Source: a candidate division WWE3 bacterium RIFOXYC1_FULL_40_10
GTDB taxonomy: Bacteria; Patescibacteriota; WWE3; UBA101185; UBA10185
NCBI GenBank assembly: GCA_001773215.1
Contig: MEWB01000001.1
Location: 550,099 to 614,098 of the forward strand
DNA: 64,000 bases
Reading direction: 5' to 3'
This document shows positions 38,831 to 47,864 of the stretch, piece after piece. The notes under the pieces are model-generated. The model was given only the letters and a program-made list of their open reading frames with translations. It had not been told where the DNA came from and did no database searches. The translations under genes were made by a program, and so were the position numbers. Within the stretch, counting starts at the first letter, position 1, and each line of letters starts with the position of its first letter.

Positions 38831-39439
38831 CTAAAGATTAGCAGTTACAGATTTAAACACATCCTCGGGCGTTTGCTCCCCATCAATCTCAATAACCTTT
38901 GTCCCTCTTTTCTTAAAATACTCGATTACGGGAAGAGTTTCAGTTTGGTATATATCAAGTCGCCTGTTTACTGCATCTTCTGTGTCGTCCTCTCTTTGGA
39001 CTAAATTTCCTGCGCATTTTGCCACTTCTTCCTTGGGTAAAGTATATATGTTATAAACTTTACCATCTGTTTCACATGTTCTTCGGCCGGATACCCTTCT
39101 CACAGATTCCTGTCTTGAGATATTGATAACCAGAACCAAATCGGGGTTGGGATCAAAGAAGTTCAGATTGTGGAGACTCCTTGCCCAACCATCAAGAATA
39201 TAGTTGCTACCACAGTTTAGAGCTGTTATTTTTTCTTGGATTAACTGAGCTACAAGATCGAACGGAGCCAATTCCCCCTTATCCATAACAGAGTGGAGCT
39301 CTACATACCTGGGGTGGGTCTGGGACAAATCCCTGAGCAGGTCACCGACGGTTATAAGCGGAATATTTAGAAATCCACTTAGTTTTTCACCTTGAGTGCC
39401 TTTGCCGCAACCTTGAGGACCCATCAGTAATATCATCAT
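38831..39439 (-). CDS. adk: Adenylate kinase
   Basis: GPQGCGKGTQ P-loop, GDLLR, QREDD; position downstream of secY. Confidence 0.9.
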   Translation of the reverse strand: MMILLMGPQGCGKGTQGEKLSGFLNIPLITVGDLLRDLSQTHPRYVELHSVMDKGELAPFDLVAQLIQEKITALNCGSNYILDGWARSLHNLNFFDPNPDLVLVINISRQESVRRVSGRRTCETDGKVYNIYTLPKEEVAKCAGNLVQREDDTEDAVNRRLDIYQTETLPVIEYFKKRGTKVIEIDGEQTPEDVFKSVTANL

Positions 39440-39441
39440 GT

Positions 39442-39708
39442 CTATAATCCTGGAAACCCTATATCCTGTAATTTACCTCTCATCTGTTTTTCGACTTTCT
39501 TATTAACTTCTTTAAAAGCGTTATTTAGTAAATCCTTTAGATCTTTTCTATCTTCCCCGTCTATTTCAAATCTTTCCACCTTCCTGTCACCTCGAACAAC
39601 TATTCTTATTCCGCCTTTTTCTATTGTATAGAAAATTTGCTCAAGATCCTTTTGGATCTCGCTTTGCATTTTTCGAAGTCTATTAGCCTCCTTCAGCTTA
39701 TCTAACAT
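39442..39708 (-). CDS. YbaB/EbfC family nucleoid-associated protein
   Basis: Helix (KMQSEIQKDL), GGIRIVVRGD strands, helix (DLLNNAF), C-terminal GFPGL. Confidence 0.72.
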   Translation of the reverse strand: MLDKLKEANRLRKMQSEIQKDLEQIFYTIEKGGIRIVVRGDRKVERFEIDGEDRKDLKDLLNNAFKEVNKKVEKQMRGKLQDIGFPGL

Positions 39709-39709
39709 A

Positions 39710-40966
39710 TTAGTCCAAGAACCTTTCGTAACTTCTGGTAGTAGTCATCGACTCCACCTGTCTTAATGTTTCTAACACAACTGATACTACAATTAAAAGC
39801 CCTGTTCCCCCGATTGTAAGTACGGAAATCCCCACAAAGGATTGCACCAAAAAAGGCATAATCGCGATGAGCCCCAAAAAGATACCGCCCAACAACGTAA
39901 TTTTCGTTACTATATTTTTAAGATATCTCTCCGTCGACTTACCAGGGCGTATTCCCGGAACAAAGCCACCTTTTTTCTTTACATCCTCAGCAATCTTTTC
40001 TGCATTAAATTGTACCGAAGTGTAAAAATAAGCAAATCCGAGTACCAAAATAAAATATAATGCGTTATAGGCTATACTGTTTTGAGTAAAGTTCTGCCCT
40101 AGAAAAACACCTAAATTTCTCAAACCCGCGTTCCCTGAGGCACTAAGTGGGGCGCTCAACATAGACGGTAACCCAACAATAGCCACAGCAAATATAATTG
40201 GTATGACACCAGCCTGATTTATCTTAATTGGTAGGAAATTCGTAACTTTAGTTGACCTAATGCCTCTTCTACCGTATTCAATGACAATGTTCCTGGTACC
40301 CTCGTTGACTAAAACCACGGCAACAATTACCGCTACAGCTAATAATGCAAATATCATATTATTTATAAAGTTGTCTGCAGAAAGTGAGGAACCAAACCCA
40401 TACAAAGCTTGGGGAAGTCTTCCTATGATACTTACAAATATCAATAGCGAGATTCCATTTCCAACGCCATACTCGCTCACTAATTCTCCCACCCAAACCA
40501 AAAACAAAGATCCTGCTAACAATGTAAAAATTAGCACTACTAAATCAAATAGGCTTAGCGGAGAAATAACTCCCTGCTTCATGAGGAAAAAGTAAATACC
40601 ATAAGCCTGGAAAAAAGTTATAGGTACGGTTAAAAACCTAGTGTACATATTGATCTTTTCTCTGCCGTATTCTCCTTCCTTAGCCAATTCTTCCAAAGAC
40701 GGCACCATAAAAGTGAGTAACTGGATAATAATGGAAGCATTGATGTATGGTGCTAACCCCAGTGTAACAATCGAAAAGTTCTGAAAACCCCCTCCACTAA
40801 ACATATCGAAAAGTCCGAACAGCGCATTACCCGACAAATAGGCTTTAATAGCCGCCACATCAACTCCGGGAACAGGAATATGGGAAAAAAGTCTGAACAC
40901 AACAATCACGAAAAGCGTGAAAAGCATTTTTCTCTTTAAATCTGGGTATTTAAATATATTAATCAT
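39710..40966 (-). CDS. secY: Preprotein translocase SecY
   Basis: HIPVPG, PYINASII, GVGNGISL, AGVIPIIFA, PGIRPG. Confidence 0.97.
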   Translation of the reverse strand: MINIFKYPDLKRKMLFTLFVIVVFRLFSHIPVPGVDVAAIKAYLSGNALFGLFDMFSGGGFQNFSIVTLGLAPYINASIIIQLLTFMVPSLEELAKEGEYGREKINMYTRFLTVPITFFQAYGIYFFLMKQGVISPLSLFDLVVLIFTLLAGSLFLVWVGELVSEYGVGNGISLLIFVSIIGRLPQALYGFGSSLSADNFINNMIFALLAVAVIVAVVLVNEGTRNIVIEYGRRGIRSTKVTNFLPIKINQAGVIPIIFAVAIVGLPSMLSAPLSASGNAGLRNLGVFLGQNFTQNSIAYNALYFILVLGFAYFYTSVQFNAEKIAEDVKKKGGFVPGIRPGKSTERYLKNIVTKITLLGGIFLGLIAIMPFLVQSFVGISVLTIGGTGLLIVVSVVLETLRQVESMTTTRSYERFLD

Positions 40967-41405
40967 TAATCTTCGAACCGGACTTCTCGATTATTTCCAA
41001 AGCCTTCTTTGAATAGTAAAAGTCTTTAAGTCCAAGTTTTTTATTCAATACACCGGTACCTAACAGTTTAACACCATCCTTTGGCATTTTCTTTAGTATT
41101 CTTTTCTGAACAAGACTAATAGGACTTACGACTTCGCCTTCATTAAACACATTAAGCTTTGATATGGAAACTCCTCTTAGCTTAATTGAGGTGGGATTCT
41201 TGAAACCACCTAGCTGAGGTAATCTCTTGTAGATAGGCACCTGACCACCTTCAAAACCCGGAGATACCTTTGCTCTACCCCTGGCTTTCTGTCCTTTAGT
41301 TCCAAAGCCGACTGTATGTCCGCCTCTGTTACTGGCATATCCTCTACCACGCCTTTTGCCTTTTTCTCTATTTCCTACTATTTTTACTAAATTATCTAAC
41401 CTCAT
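40959..41405 (-). CDS. rplO: 50S ribosomal protein uL15
   Basis: KGQKAR, GFEGGQVP. Confidence 0.95.
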   Translation of the reverse strand: MRLDNLVKIVGNREKGKRRGRGYASNRGGHTVGFGTKGQKARGRAKVSPGFEGGQVPIYKRLPQLGGFKNPTSIKLRGVSISKLNVFNEGEVVSPISLVQKRILKKMPKDGVKLLGTGVLNKKLGLKDFYYSKKALEIIEKSGSKIND

Positions 41406-41857
41406 ATTTTTACAAACACCTTAAGTTTTTTCAAAGCTTTTATTGCACACCTGGCATTGGATATCTTGTTGTTACTGGCATTTATCATTTTCCCCGAAAC
41501 ATCCCTAATCCCTGCTAGTTCGATAACTGTCCTCACTGGACCACCTGCAATAATTCCCGAACCTTTTGCTGCCGGTTTAAGTAATACCCTAGCAGCACCC
41601 AGTTTTGCCTCTACCTCATGAGCAATTGTATTATCCTTTAGAGAAACAGTAACAAGCTCGGATTTAGCTTCTTTTATGGCTTTGGATATAGCGGAAGATA
41701 CATCTTTTGCCTTTCCATAACCAACCCCAACTCTTCCCTTTTTGTCACCTACAACCACAAGTGCGGTAAAAGATATTGCACTACCTCCGGTTATCTTTTT
41801 GGTAACTCTTCTTATTTGTAAGACTTTTTCTTCAAACTCACTTGGCTGAAAATTCAT
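41402..41857 (-). CDS. rpsE: 30S ribosomal protein uS5
   Basis: SFTALVVVGD, GIIAGG. Confidence 0.95.
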   Translation of the reverse strand: MNFQPSEFEEKVLQIRRVTKKITGGSAISFTALVVVGDKKGRVGVGYGKAKDVSSAISKAIKEAKSELVTVSLKDNTIAHEVEAKLGAARVLLKPAAKGSGIIAGGPVRTVIELAGIRDVSGKMINASNNKISNARCAIKALKKLKVFVKI

Positions 41858-41858
41858 A

Positions 41859-42218
41859 TTAGATGCTTAAACCTCCCTCTCTCAACCCATCTACAACATT
41901 CTTAACTCTCCCATGGAATTTATAGCCATTTCTATCAAATACCGCTGTTTTCACTTTAAGTTTTTTCGCCTTTTCTGCTAATAGTTTACCAACCTCCAAT
42001 GCCGCGGCTGTTTTCGGCTTTCCCTTGTGGATTTCTTTTGTCTCTTTAGATACATCCGCCAAAGTTACTCCTTTGGTATCATCAATTAGCTGAGCATAGA
42101 TGTACTTATTCGATCTAAATACCGAAACTCGAGGCTTTTCCGTGGTACCGGATAGGTTCTTTCTGATTCCCAGTTTTCTTCTTTCTCTTTTAGTTTTTCT
42201 TAATATTACGTGGTACAT
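41859..42218 (-). CDS. rplR: 50S ribosomal protein uL18
   Basis: VFRSNKYIYAQLIDD, FDRNGYKFHGRV. Confidence 0.96.
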   Translation of the reverse strand: MYHVILRKTKRERRKLGIRKNLSGTTEKPRVSVFRSNKYIYAQLIDDTKGVTLADVSKETKEIHKGKPKTAAALEVGKLLAEKAKKLKVKTAVFDRNGYKFHGRVKNVVDGLREGGLSI

Positions 42219-42223
42219 ATGAT

Positions 42224-42772
42224 TTATGCTCCTGTCTTAGCTGCCTTTCCGGCTTTTCTTCTAACTACTTCGTTTTCATATTTGATTCCTTTACCCTTAT
42301 AAGGTTCAGGCTTCTTGTATTTTCTCAATGTAGCCGCCACTTCACCAACTTTCTGCTTGTCTGCCCCTTCTATGATCACATGCTGATTATCTTCTACCTT
42401 GATTGTGACTCCTGCAGGTGCTTTAAATTCAATAGGATGAGAAAATCCTAAAGTTAAGCTGACACCGTCATTTCCGCTCTGCTTTGCCCTATATCCAACC
42501 CCGATAAGTTCAAGCTTTTTAGTGTAACCACGAGTAACTCCTTCAACCATGGAATTTAGCAAAGCTCTATATAAACCCCAATAAGCGGGGCTGTTTTTAG
42601 ACTCAATTGCAACACTAAGTACAAGGCTACCTTCCCGGTTTTCTACTTTTATCTCCGGTCTAAGAGTCAACGTCAGATCTCCTTTAGGGCCTTTCACACT
42701 AACTACCTGTCCATCAATGCTGATTTTAACTTCGGTCGGTATTTTGATTGGTAATCTTCCTATTCTCGACAT
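42224..42772 (-). CDS. rplF: 50S ribosomal protein uL6
   Basis: MSRIGRLPI, GVGYRA, PEPYKGKGI. Confidence 0.97.
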   Translation of the reverse strand: MSRIGRLPIKIPTEVKISIDGQVVSVKGPKGDLTLTLRPEIKVENREGSLVLSVAIESKNSPAYWGLYRALLNSMVEGVTRGYTKKLELIGVGYRAKQSGNDGVSLTLGFSHPIEFKAPAGVTIKVEDNQHVIIEGADKQKVGEVAATLRKYKKPEPYKGKGIKYENEVVRRKAGKAAKTGA

Positions 42773-42776
42773 ATTT

Positions 42777-43181
42777 TTAAAAAACCTTACAAATAAGCTC
42801 CCCGCCTAAATTTTTCTTTTTAGCCTCACTGCCGGTCATATAACCCTGAGGAGTGGAAACTACCACAACCCCATATCCTCCTGACACAGGCATTAATTCT
42901 GAGCTCTTTACATATATCCTTCTGCTGGGCTTTGTATAAAGCTTAGTATTAGTTAGCTTGAAACTCCCATCCGCCCCGTTGGCCAAGGTCAAAGATAGTC
43001 TTTTCACTGAAGTGCCTTTTGGTTTAAAAGTTTTCACTTCCGCCAAAAAACCTGTTCTCTCTAATAGCTTGGCAATACTTTCACAGTTGTTAGTATGCAT
43101 AACCTCAATAACAGGCTTGCTAGCCATAGAAGCATTTTTGAGGGCAGTTATCATATTTCCGATTCTATATACATTACTCAT
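42777..43181 (-). CDS. rpsH: 30S ribosomal protein uS8
   Basis: KPSRRIY, VSTPQG, GGELIC; operon position. Confidence 0.92.
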   Translation of the reverse strand: MSNVYRIGNMITALKNASMASKPVIEVMHTNNCESIAKLLERTGFLAEVKTFKPKGTSVKRLSLTLANGADGSFKLTNTKLYTKPSRRIYVKSSELMPVSGGYGVVVVSTPQGYMTGSEAKKKNLGGELICKVF

Positions 43182-43185
43182 ATTT

Positions 43186-43371
43186 TTACCAACTTGCCTT
43201 TTTTACACCAGGTAACAAACCCTGTAAAGCCATTTCCCTAAAACACTTTCTGCACATTTTAAACCTATTAATATATCCCCTTGGATTACCACACAAAGGA
43301 CACCTGTGATAAAACCTCGTACTAAATTTCGGTGTTCTTTTCTGTTTTGCAATCAACGATTTTTTTGCCAT
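43186..43371 (-). CDS. rpsN: 30S ribosomal protein uS14 (zinc-binding type Z)
   Basis: [24 protein letters not shown]. Confidence 0.96.
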   Translation of the reverse strand: MAKKSLIAKQKRTPKFSTRFYHRCPLCGNPRGYINRFKMCRKCFREMALQGLLPGVKKASW

Positions 43372-43372
43372 A

Positions 43373-43915
43373 TTAATCTTTCCTAAAAGGTATTCCTAAA
43401 AGCTCTAGTAACTTTTTATTGTGCTCCTTAATCCTTGTCCCCAAGCAAAGGGTGACTTGCAAACTCCTTATCCCCTTTGTGGTATTTGGATTTACTTCTG
43501 GAAATATTACATGTTCTCGAATTCCAAGAGAATAATTTCCGTCTGCATCAAAAGCTTCCTCACTTAAACCTCGAAAGTCTCTTACTCTGGGTAGTGAAAC
43601 ACTCACAAGCTTATCTAGGAACGCCCACATTTTATCACCTCTTAGGGTCACTGAATACCCCACAGTTTCACCTTTTCTAACTTTGAACCCCGCAACCGAA
43701 ACACGCGCCTTTCTTGCTCTTGGTTTTTGGCCAGCGAACGAAGTAAACTCGCTCTCAAAGGATGCAACAGCTTCCTTATTGTCTCTAAATGAACCTATTC
43801 CAGCATTAACACTAATTTTTGAAATGCTCGGAACCTGCATAACATTGCTCAATGCCAGTTCTTTCACTAGTTTTGGAGCTATCTCTTTAAGGTATTTTTC
43901 TCTAAGTCTGTTCAT
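43373..43915 (-). CDS. rplE: 50S ribosomal protein uL5
   Basis: [20 protein letters not shown]. Confidence 0.96.
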   Translation of the reverse strand: MNRLREKYLKEIAPKLVKELALSNVMQVPSISKISVNAGIGSFRDNKEAVASFESEFTSFAGQKPRARKARVSVAGFKVRKGETVGYSVTLRGDKMWAFLDKLVSVSLPRVRDFRGLSEEAFDADGNYSLGIREHVIFPEVNPNTTKGIRSLQVTLCLGTRIKEHNKKLLELLGIPFRKD

Positions 43916-43916
43916 T

Positions 43917-44222
43917 TTATATAGTATCCCCTGTTACTTTGTTAATTCTGTATTTTTTACCATCGATAATTTTATATCCAATCCTAACAGCCTTTTTATC
44001 TTTACCGGCATAGTACATAACATTAGACACACTAATAGCCTTTTCAACACTGACGATTCCGCCTTCCTTTGATACTGCCCCCGGCTTAATATGCCTTTTT
44101 ACCATGTTTATTGCTTCCACAACAATTTTTCCCTTTGATGGGAGTGATTTTAGTACCTTTGCTACTTTGCCCTTATCCTTACCGGACAGTATTTTTACCA
44201 TGTCATCTTTTCTTATTTTCAT
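43917..44222 (-). CDS. rplX: 50S ribosomal protein uL24
   Basis: GKDKGK KOW motif, ISVSNVM. Confidence 0.95.
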   Translation of the reverse strand: MKIRKDDMVKILSGKDKGKVAKVLKSLPSKGKIVVEAINMVKRHIKPGAVSKEGGIVSVEKAISVSNVMYYAGKDKKAVRIGYKIIDGKKYRINKVTGDTI

Positions 44223-44226
44223 ATGA

Positions 44227-44592
44227 TTACCAAACCTCCTTGGCTAGCGAGGCAATTTTCAAATAGCCCAAATCTCTAATTTCTCTGGCTACAGGCCCAA
44301 AAACTCTTGTTCCCACCATTGTCTTATCCTTATTTATCACAACAGCAGCGTTATCATCGAATCTTATGTAACTGCCGTCTTTTCTTCTTCTCTCCTTTTT
44401 CGTTCTCACTATAAGAGCTTTTACTACTGAATGGTCAGTGACATTTCCCGTTGAAGAAGCTCCGTTTATAGCAACAGTAACAATATCGCCCAAAATAGCA
44501 TAGCTCCTTTTCGTTCCGACTATTCCTATGAGCTTAAGCTTTTTTGCTCCCGAATTATCGGATGGTTTTAATATTGCTCCAATAGGTAACAT
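44227..44592 (-). CDS. rplN: 50S ribosomal protein uL14
   Basis: DNSGAK, IRFDDNA, GTRVFGPVARE. Confidence 0.97.
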   Translation of the reverse strand: MLPIGAILKPSDNSGAKKLKLIGIVGTKRSYAILGDIVTVAINGASSTGNVTDHSVVKALIVRTKKERRRKDGSYIRFDDNAAVVINKDKTMVGTRVFGPVAREIRDLGYLKIASLAKEVW

Positions 44593-44595
44593 ATA

Positions 44596-44823
44596 CTATT
44601 CCTCAACTACCTTCCAGCTAACCTCTTTAGATAGAGGGGCGCACTCTTCAATAATTACTTCTTTCCCTATTTCCATTGGTTCAGTAACTCTTGCTTTAAA
44701 TCTCCTGGTATTCTTGAGTGTCTTTTTGTAAATAGGATGCTGTTTGAAAAGCAGTACAGCCACAACAACAGTTTTATTCATTTTATTAGACACTATTTGA
44801 CCTTTTAATCTTCTTTTTGCCAT
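44596..44823 (-). CDS. rpsQ: 30S ribosomal protein uS17
   Basis: VSNKMNKTVVV, HPIYKK, PLSK. Confidence 0.95.
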   Translation of the reverse strand: MAKRRLKGQIVSNKMNKTVVVAVLLFKQHPIYKKTLKNTRRFKARVTEPMEIGKEVIIEECAPLSKEVSWKVVEE

Positions 44824-44828
44824 ATACT

Positions 44829-45011
44829 TTATTTTTCTCTTAAAATCGTATTGATACGGGCAATATCTCTTTTAAAGAATCGCATCTTTGTAACATTTTT
44901 TTCCTTGCCTTGCAAAGTATTAATCATCAAAGTTTTAATATCAGCTTTGATTTTATCTATCTGCTCCAAAAGTTCTTGTTTAGTTTTAGTTCTTAATTCC
45001 TTTTTATCCAT
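44829..45011 (-). CDS. rpmC: 50S ribosomal protein uL29
   Basis: ELR, RDIARINT; operon position. Confidence 0.9.
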   Translation of the reverse strand: MDKKELRTKTKQELLEQIDKIKADIKTLMINTLQGKEKNVTKMRFFKRDIARINTILREK

Positions 45012-45012
45012 A

Positions 45013-45420
45013 CTAGGCTTTTATAATAAATTTCGTTCTCAAAGGCAATTTTGCTGCCGCTTTCCCCAACGCTCTTCTAGCTATCTCATCAGTAACACCC
45101 GACATCTCAAAAAGCACTTTACCAGGCTTAATTACTGCCGCATAGTGATCGGTAGGTGCTTTTCCTGAACCCATTCTTGTTTCAGGAGGCTTCTTTGCGA
45201 TTGGTTTGTCAGGAAAAACCCTGATCCAGATTTTTCCACCTCTCTTAGTTTCATGTACTATTTGTTTTCTTGCGGCCTCTAATTGACGGGAAGTCAACAA
45301 ACCTCGCTCAATGGACTTAATTGCATATTCTCCAAATGAAATTGTAGAACCTCTTACTGCAATCCCCCTGTTATTACCTCTCTGTTGTTTTCTAAATTTA
45401 ACTTTCTTAGGAAGCAACAT
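45013..45420 (-). CDS. rplP: 50S ribosomal protein uL16
   Basis: [25 protein letters not shown]. Confidence 0.97.
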   Translation of the reverse strand: MLLPKKVKFRKQQRGNNRGIAVRGSTISFGEYAIKSIERGLLTSRQLEAARKQIVHETKRGGKIWIRVFPDKPIAKKPPETRMGSGKAPTDHYAAVIKPGKVLFEMSGVTDEIARRALGKAAAKLPLRTKFIIKA

Positions 45421-45421
45421 T

Positions 45422-46048
45422 TTAAAAATCTCCCTTATAAACCCATACTTTTATTCCAATTGTTCCGTATAGCAGCAAACAATGGAGTTGAGCATAGTCA
45501 ATGTTTGCTCGGAGCTTCTGAGTTGGAACAGACCCCAATACATACTGCTCAGTTCTAGCTATAGTGTTACTCCCGCTCAAAACTCCGGATACTCTTATCT
45601 TTATACCCTTAGCCCCTTTATTTATTGCCGAACTCATTGCGAAATTTACGACTCTTCTGTAAGGAACCCTTCTCTTTATTTGGCGCATTATATAATCCCC
45701 TACCAGTCGGGCTTCTATTTCAGGCGTTTTTACTTCCTCGGCCGTGATCTTAATTTTGGCCCTGGTGAGTTTTCTAAGCTCTTTTTCCAATTCTTCTACT
45801 CCGGTTCCACCTTTTCCTATCACAACTCCCGGCTTGGAAACTTTGATAATAATACTCACATCATTCTCAGTCCTTTCAATTTCTATGTCTTTTAGGCCGG
45901 CTGTCGACAATCTACCATCTAGAAATTTTCGTATTTTAGCATCTTCTAACACTAAATCAGCATATACAGCCTTAGGAGAATACCACCTAGAAAACCAATC
46001 TCTTGTTATTCCAACTCTAAACCCAATCGGGTTAACTTTATGTCCCAT
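45422..46048 (-). CDS. rpsC: 30S ribosomal protein uS3
   Basis: [30 protein letters not shown]. Confidence 0.97.
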   Translation of the reverse strand: MGHKVNPIGFRVGITRDWFSRWYSPKAVYADLVLEDAKIRKFLDGRLSTAGLKDIEIERTENDVSIIIKVSKPGVVIGKGGTGVEELEKELRKLTRAKIKITAEEVKTPEIEARLVGDYIMRQIKRRVPYRRVVNFAMSSAINKGAKGIKIRVSGVLSGSNTIARTEQYVLGSVPTQKLRANIDYAQLHCLLLYGTIGIKVWVYKGDF

Positions 46049-46052
46049 TCCT

Positions 46053-46397
46053 TTACTTCCTTTCCCCTAAAGAAATATAAATATTGCTGAACCTTTTCAA
46101 AATTGGGCTAAATCTACCCTTACCAACAAACTGGCCCGACTTCATAACCCTGCCGCTTCCGACCCAGGCATCCTTAACGACCAGAGAATCGGTTTTTCCC
46201 TTTCCGGTAGACTCAGCATTAGCTCCAGCCGATTTTAATAATTTGAGAATAATCTTAGCCGCTTTTGTTTTATCAAAGGCCACTCGAATCATAGCATCCT
46301 TTAATCCGCGGTTCCTCACCAGATTTAGAACCGGTACCACTTTTTTAGGACCTATTCGAACATTTATTCTCTTTGCTTTAGTTACTTCTTCAATCAT
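46053..46397 (-). CDS. rplV: 50S ribosomal protein uL22
   Basis: RIGPKK, LKSAGANA, KGR..PILKR; operon position. Confidence 0.92.
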   Translation of the reverse strand: MIEEVTKAKRINVRIGPKKVVPVLNLVRNRGLKDAMIRVAFDKTKAAKIILKLLKSAGANAESTGKGKTDSLVVKDAWVGSGRVMKSGQFVGKGRFSPILKRFSNIYISLGERK

Positions 46398-46406
46398 ATT
46401 ATTAGC

Positions 46407-46673
46407 TTAAATTTTCTTAGATGAGTGTGCTCTAAATGTCCTTGTAGGGGCAAACTCACCAAGTTTATGGCCAACCATGCTTTCTGATACAAATACAGGA
46501 ATGTGTTTTTTGCCATTGTGTACATCAAAAGTAATTCCCACCATTTCGGGAACTATTGTTGATGCACGGGCCCAGGTCTTGATGGCAGATTTACTCCCAG
46601 TTTCAAGAGCCTTTTTTACCTTTTTCATCAACTTTTCGTCTGTATATATTCCTTTTTTTAGCGATCTTGCCAT
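46407..46673 (-). CDS. rpsS: 30S ribosomal protein uS19
   Basis: [21 protein letters not shown]. Confidence 0.97.
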   Translation of the reverse strand: MARSLKKGIYTDEKLMKKVKKALETGSKSAIKTWARASTIVPEMVGITFDVHNGKKHIPVFVSESMVGHKLGEFAPTRTFRAHSSKKI

Positions 46674-46688
46674 ATATTTTTACCTTTT

Positions 46689-46734
46689 GCCAATCAGTGC
46701 CCAAGAATATCACACCAGAGCACCAAATACTAGC
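46689..46734 (-). other. G-U-rich mRNA hairpin between rplB and rpsS
   Basis: GCUAGU/AUUGGC and UUGGUGCUC/GGGCACUGA pairings work only on the sense (minus) strand. Confidence 0.45.
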
Positions 46735-46741
46735 TTGTTAT

Positions 46742-47569
46742 TTACTTCTCGTATCTCCTTTTAACAATTGTGTAATCAGTGTATTTTCGTTTTCTCGACC
46801 TCACACCTCGGGTTATCCAACCCCATGGAGACTTTGGTGATTTCATACCAATTCCTGTTTTTGAATACTTACCGGCATGTGGGTGGTCTTTTTTCGGATT
46901 TGCCATGGCAACGCCTCTTACGGCAGGTCTTACTCCGATATGTCTCTTCCTACCTGCTTTCCCCAGTCTGATGTTTCTCAAATCGGGGTTTCCGAGTGTA
47001 CCTATAGTAGCCAAACAGCCTTCTTTTATTTTTTTCACTTCTTTGCTTGGTAGTCTCACTAACACAACTCCTGCTTCTTTCGATAACACCTGAGCTGAAT
47101 TTCCAGCACCACGTACTATCTTTGCACCGGCGCCGGGATTTAGTTCTATATTGTGAATAGGCATACCCAACGGAATTTTAGATAACGGAAGGGTATTGCC
47201 GACTTTTGGCTCCACTTCGGTGCCTGAAACAACAACCATGTCTTTTTCCAAACCTTCTGGAGCCAGGATATATCTCTTTTCTCCATCTGCATAAACCAAA
47301 AGTGCTATATTTGGTCCTCTGTTAGGATCATACTCGATTGTAGATACTCTAGCTGGAATGTTGAATTTTTCTCTCTTAAAATCCACTTGCCTATATAATC
47401 TCCTAGCTCCTCTTTCCTTATGTCTAACAGACACTGTACCGTTGTTCCTCCCTGCGGTTCCTACAATGGCTCTGGTTTTAGATTTTAGGGGACGCACCTT
47501 ATCCACGCTATATACTAATGTTCTTCTCTTGCGCTGTCCTGAACTTGTTGGTTTATAAGTCTTAATCAT
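46742..47569 (-). CDS. rplB: 50S ribosomal protein uL2
   Basis: IEYDPNR, GEKRYILAP, GKAGR, VRGVAM, PWG. Confidence 0.97.
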   Translation of the reverse strand: MIKTYKPTSSGQRKRRTLVYSVDKVRPLKSKTRAIVGTAGRNNGTVSVRHKERGARRLYRQVDFKREKFNIPARVSTIEYDPNRGPNIALLVYADGEKRYILAPEGLEKDMVVVSGTEVEPKVGNTLPLSKIPLGMPIHNIELNPGAGAKIVRGAGNSAQVLSKEAGVVLVRLPSKEVKKIKEGCLATIGTLGNPDLRNIRLGKAGRKRHIGVRPAVRGVAMANPKKDHPHAGKYSKTGIGMKSPKSPWGWITRGVRSRKRKYTDYTIVKRRYEK

Positions 47570-47570
47570 A

Positions 47571-47864
47571 TTATTCCTTTGGCATCAAATTGATTGATTG
47601 CCCTGCTTTGATCGAAATAATTGCCTTCTTCCATCTTGGGGTTTTCATGAATTTCCTGGTCCCTGTAATCCTTCTTCTTTTACCCGGTACAACAGATGTC
47701 CATACTGAAACACACTCCACACCAAAGATTTTTTTAATGTCTTCAGAAACTTGGCCTTTGCTGGTCTTCATCGTAATCTGAAAAATGTATCTGTTTTCCG
47801 CTGATGTTTTCCCTAAACTTTTCTCTGATAATATTGGTTTAATTATATTATTACTTAGCTGCAT
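47571..47864 (-). CDS. rplW: 50S ribosomal protein uL23
   Basis: PILSEK, FGV, WKKAII; start at ATG 47864. Confidence 0.93.
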   Translation of the reverse strand: MQLSNNIIKPILSEKSLGKTSAENRYIFQITMKTSKGQVSEDIKKIFGVECVSVWTSVVPGKRRRITGTRKFMKTPRWKKAIISIKAGQSINLMPKE

